Shown here: positions 62,407 to 64,000 of the stretch, piece after piece
Numbering within the stretch: position 1 is the stretch's first letter
How the letters are laid out: each line of letters opens with the position of its first letter
Origin: Promethearchaeota archaeon
GTDB taxonomy: Archaea > Asgardarchaeota > Lokiarchaeia > Sigyniarchaeales > SOKP01
Reading direction: 5' to 3'
DNA length: 64,000 bases
NCBI GenBank assembly: GCA_016839555.1
Contig: JAEOUA010000005.1
Coordinates: forward strand, 96,595 to 160,594
Notes under the pieces: generated by a model
Seen by the model: only the letters and a program-made list of their open reading frames with translations
Databases searched by the model: none
What the model was told of the DNA's origin: nothing
Program-made: the position numbers and the translations under genes

Positions 62407-63843
62407 ATGAGTTTTAGCGACATGCCTGTGGATGTTGGCCCCGTCTATGAGGGGGAACGAATCCGCTCCAAACAAATGTTTGTAGAACTTGGAGGACCTA
62501 AAATACCTAAACATTTCGAACTTGTTAAAGTTCGAAAACCCTCGGAAATAAAAGATGGGGAAGTTATTCTTAGAGGTATTGATTTAGGAGAAATGGAAGA
62601 GGGATCCCGACATCCTATCGGAATTTTGGTAGAAGTTGCTGGTAAAGAATTAGAAGAGGATTTAGAGGCTGTCTTTGAGAGACGTATTCACGAATTCTGC
62701 AACTTTATAAATGGTGTGATGCACCTAAATCAGCGTTATACTAACTGGATGCGAGTTTCTAAAAAAGCGATTGAAAAGGGATTTAATTCTTTTAAGCAAA
62801 TGGGGACTATACTTATTAGATTATTCAAAGCAGAATTACCTATTATAGAGCAGGCACAAGTAACAATGATCACCAATGCTGATGTCATAGAAGAATATTA
62901 TGATATGGCAATAGAAACATATGAAAAAAGGGATGAAAGAGCACGCGGTTTGCATGATGATGATGTTGATATGTTTTATGGATGCGTTCTGTGTCAAAGC
63001 TTCGCTCCAACACATGTATGTACTATCACACCTGATAGGACAAGTTTGTGTGGCTCAATAAATTGGTTTGACGCGAGAGCGGCTGCTAAAGTAGACCCAA
63101 AGGGACCTATTTATGCGGTACCTCCCGGAGAATGTATAAATGGAGTTGCTGGCGAATATACTGGTGTTAATGAAATCACAAAAAAGCGCTCATTAGGAGA
63201 AGTGGAGAGAGTATATCTCTATTCTGGGATGGAGTGGCCACATACTTCCTGTGGATGCTTCGAGGCTATCGATTTCTATATTCCTGAAGTAAACGGACAC
63301 GGTATCATCGATAGAAATGCCGATATGAAAGCAATAAATGGATTGGCTTTTTCAACGATGGCAAACCAAACAGGAGGCGGGAAACAAATGCCTGGATTTA
63401 ACGGCATAAGCCTTCAATATATTGCAAGTCCAAAGTTTCAGATATATGATGCTATCCAAGAAGGGCTTGAACACGGAATTGAATTAACTGTATGGATGAA
63501 TAGTGAATTAAAGGAACGAGTAAAACAATTTATTCCTGAAGATCTTCAACCCAAAATTGCCACAGAAAAAGATGTTTCAAATATGAACGAGCTACGAGAG
63601 TGGTTAAAAGAAAAAGAACATCCTGTTGTAGCGACGTGGGTAGAAGAGGAAGAAGAGGAGGAATATGAAGAAGAATGGGCAGAAGAGGGTGCTATGGTTC
63701 CACTGGGCACCCAAACAATGACCATTCCTGGTGCTGGTGGAATAGGTGGATTTAAAATTATCCTTAAGAACTGTAAAGTCCACGCAGACGCCCTAATTAT
63801 AAAACGTATCGATAAAAGCGCGAAAAGAAAGAAAAAGAAATAA
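62407..63843 (+). CDS. cdhC: CO dehydrogenase/acetyl-CoA synthase beta subunit (acetyl-CoA synthase)
   Basis: YEGERIR, FYGCVLCQSFAPTHVC, PHTSCGCFE, acidic linker and C-terminal tail. Confidence 0.95.
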   Translation: MSFSDMPVDVGPVYEGERIRSKQMFVELGGPKIPKHFELVKVRKPSEIKDGEVILRGIDLGEMEEGSRHPIGILVEVAGKELEEDLEAVFERRIHEFCNFINGVMHLNQRYTNWMRVSKKAIEKGFNSFKQMGTILIRLFKAELPIIEQAQVTMITNADVIEEYYDMAIETYEKRDERARGLHDDDVDMFYGCVLCQSFAPTHVCTITPDRTSLCGSINWFDARAAAKVDPKGPIYAVPPGECINGVAGEYTGVNEITKKRSLGEVERVYLYSGMEWPHTSCGCFEAIDFYIPEVNGHGIIDRNADMKAINGLAFSTMANQTGGGKQMPGFNGISLQYIASPKFQIYDAIQEGLEHGIELTVWMNSELKERVKQFIPEDLQPKIATEKDVSNMNELREWLKEKEHPVVATWVEEEEEEEYEEEWAEEGAMVPLGTQTMTIPGAGGIGGFKIILKNCKVHADALIIKRIDKSAKRKKKK

Positions 63844-63875
63844 CTTATTCTATTTTTTATTTTTTAATTTTTTTG

Positions 63876-63966
63876 TTGTCACTAATCATATATTGTCAGT
63901 AAATCAGTAATTAATTTTTGTCACTTTTTGTCATAAAATCTCAATTTTTCAGTTGATATTTTGTCA
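63876..63966 (+). repeat. Five dispersed TTGTCA direct repeats
   Basis: TTGTCA at 63876, 63893, 63918, 63928 and 63961. Confidence 0.55.
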
Positions 63967-64000
63967 ATATTATTTTGATTAATAAAGAAAAAAAAGAAGA

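Noticed and set aside
63645-63690. GAA/GAG-rich low-complexity run
   Set aside because: Encodes the usual acidic linker of archaeal ACS beta subunits
1-64000. CRISPR arrays, tRNA/rRNA genes, transposases, integrases
   Set aside because: No regularly spaced repeats, cloverleafs, rRNA-like tracts or transposase/recombinase motifs seen by eye
1-64000. Selenocysteine read-through (known in Lokiarchaeia)
   Set aside because: No gene was seen with an in-frame TGA at a conserved Cys position followed by continuing homology

Overview
AT-rich archaeal chromosomal window. The gene content points to an Asgard archaeon of the Lokiarchaeia type (inference): archaeal SRP RNA, Alba, CODH/ACS epsilon and beta subunits, TPR/LRR/7TM proteins, a membrane-anchored longin-like protein, and many beta-oxidation paralogs. 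The centre (~26-52 kb) is a large anaerobic lipid/long-chain alcohol catabolic island with Fe-ADH x2, tungsten AOR x2 plus MoaD, acyl-CoA ligases, SCP2 x4, an Ltp4/Ltp3-like pair with two DUF35 partners, BKACE, a FabK-like flavoprotein and a CrtI-like oxidoreductase coupled to an FNR-2Fe2S reductase. The window also holds a single-chain restriction-modification gene and several decayed gene remnants. The top finding is at the 5' end of cdhB. The Shine-Dalgarno-associated ATG (61794) is out of frame with the gene body. The two are separated by a 32-nt self-complementary insert (61820-61851) that folds into a relaxed bulge-helix-bulge/loop motif. Cutting it by the archaeal tRNA-endonuclease rule gives MARPYQKANIPGPEMG. 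This is a candidate pre-mRNA intron in a central metabolic gene of an Asgard archaeon. All calls come from reading the sequence by eye; no searches were run.
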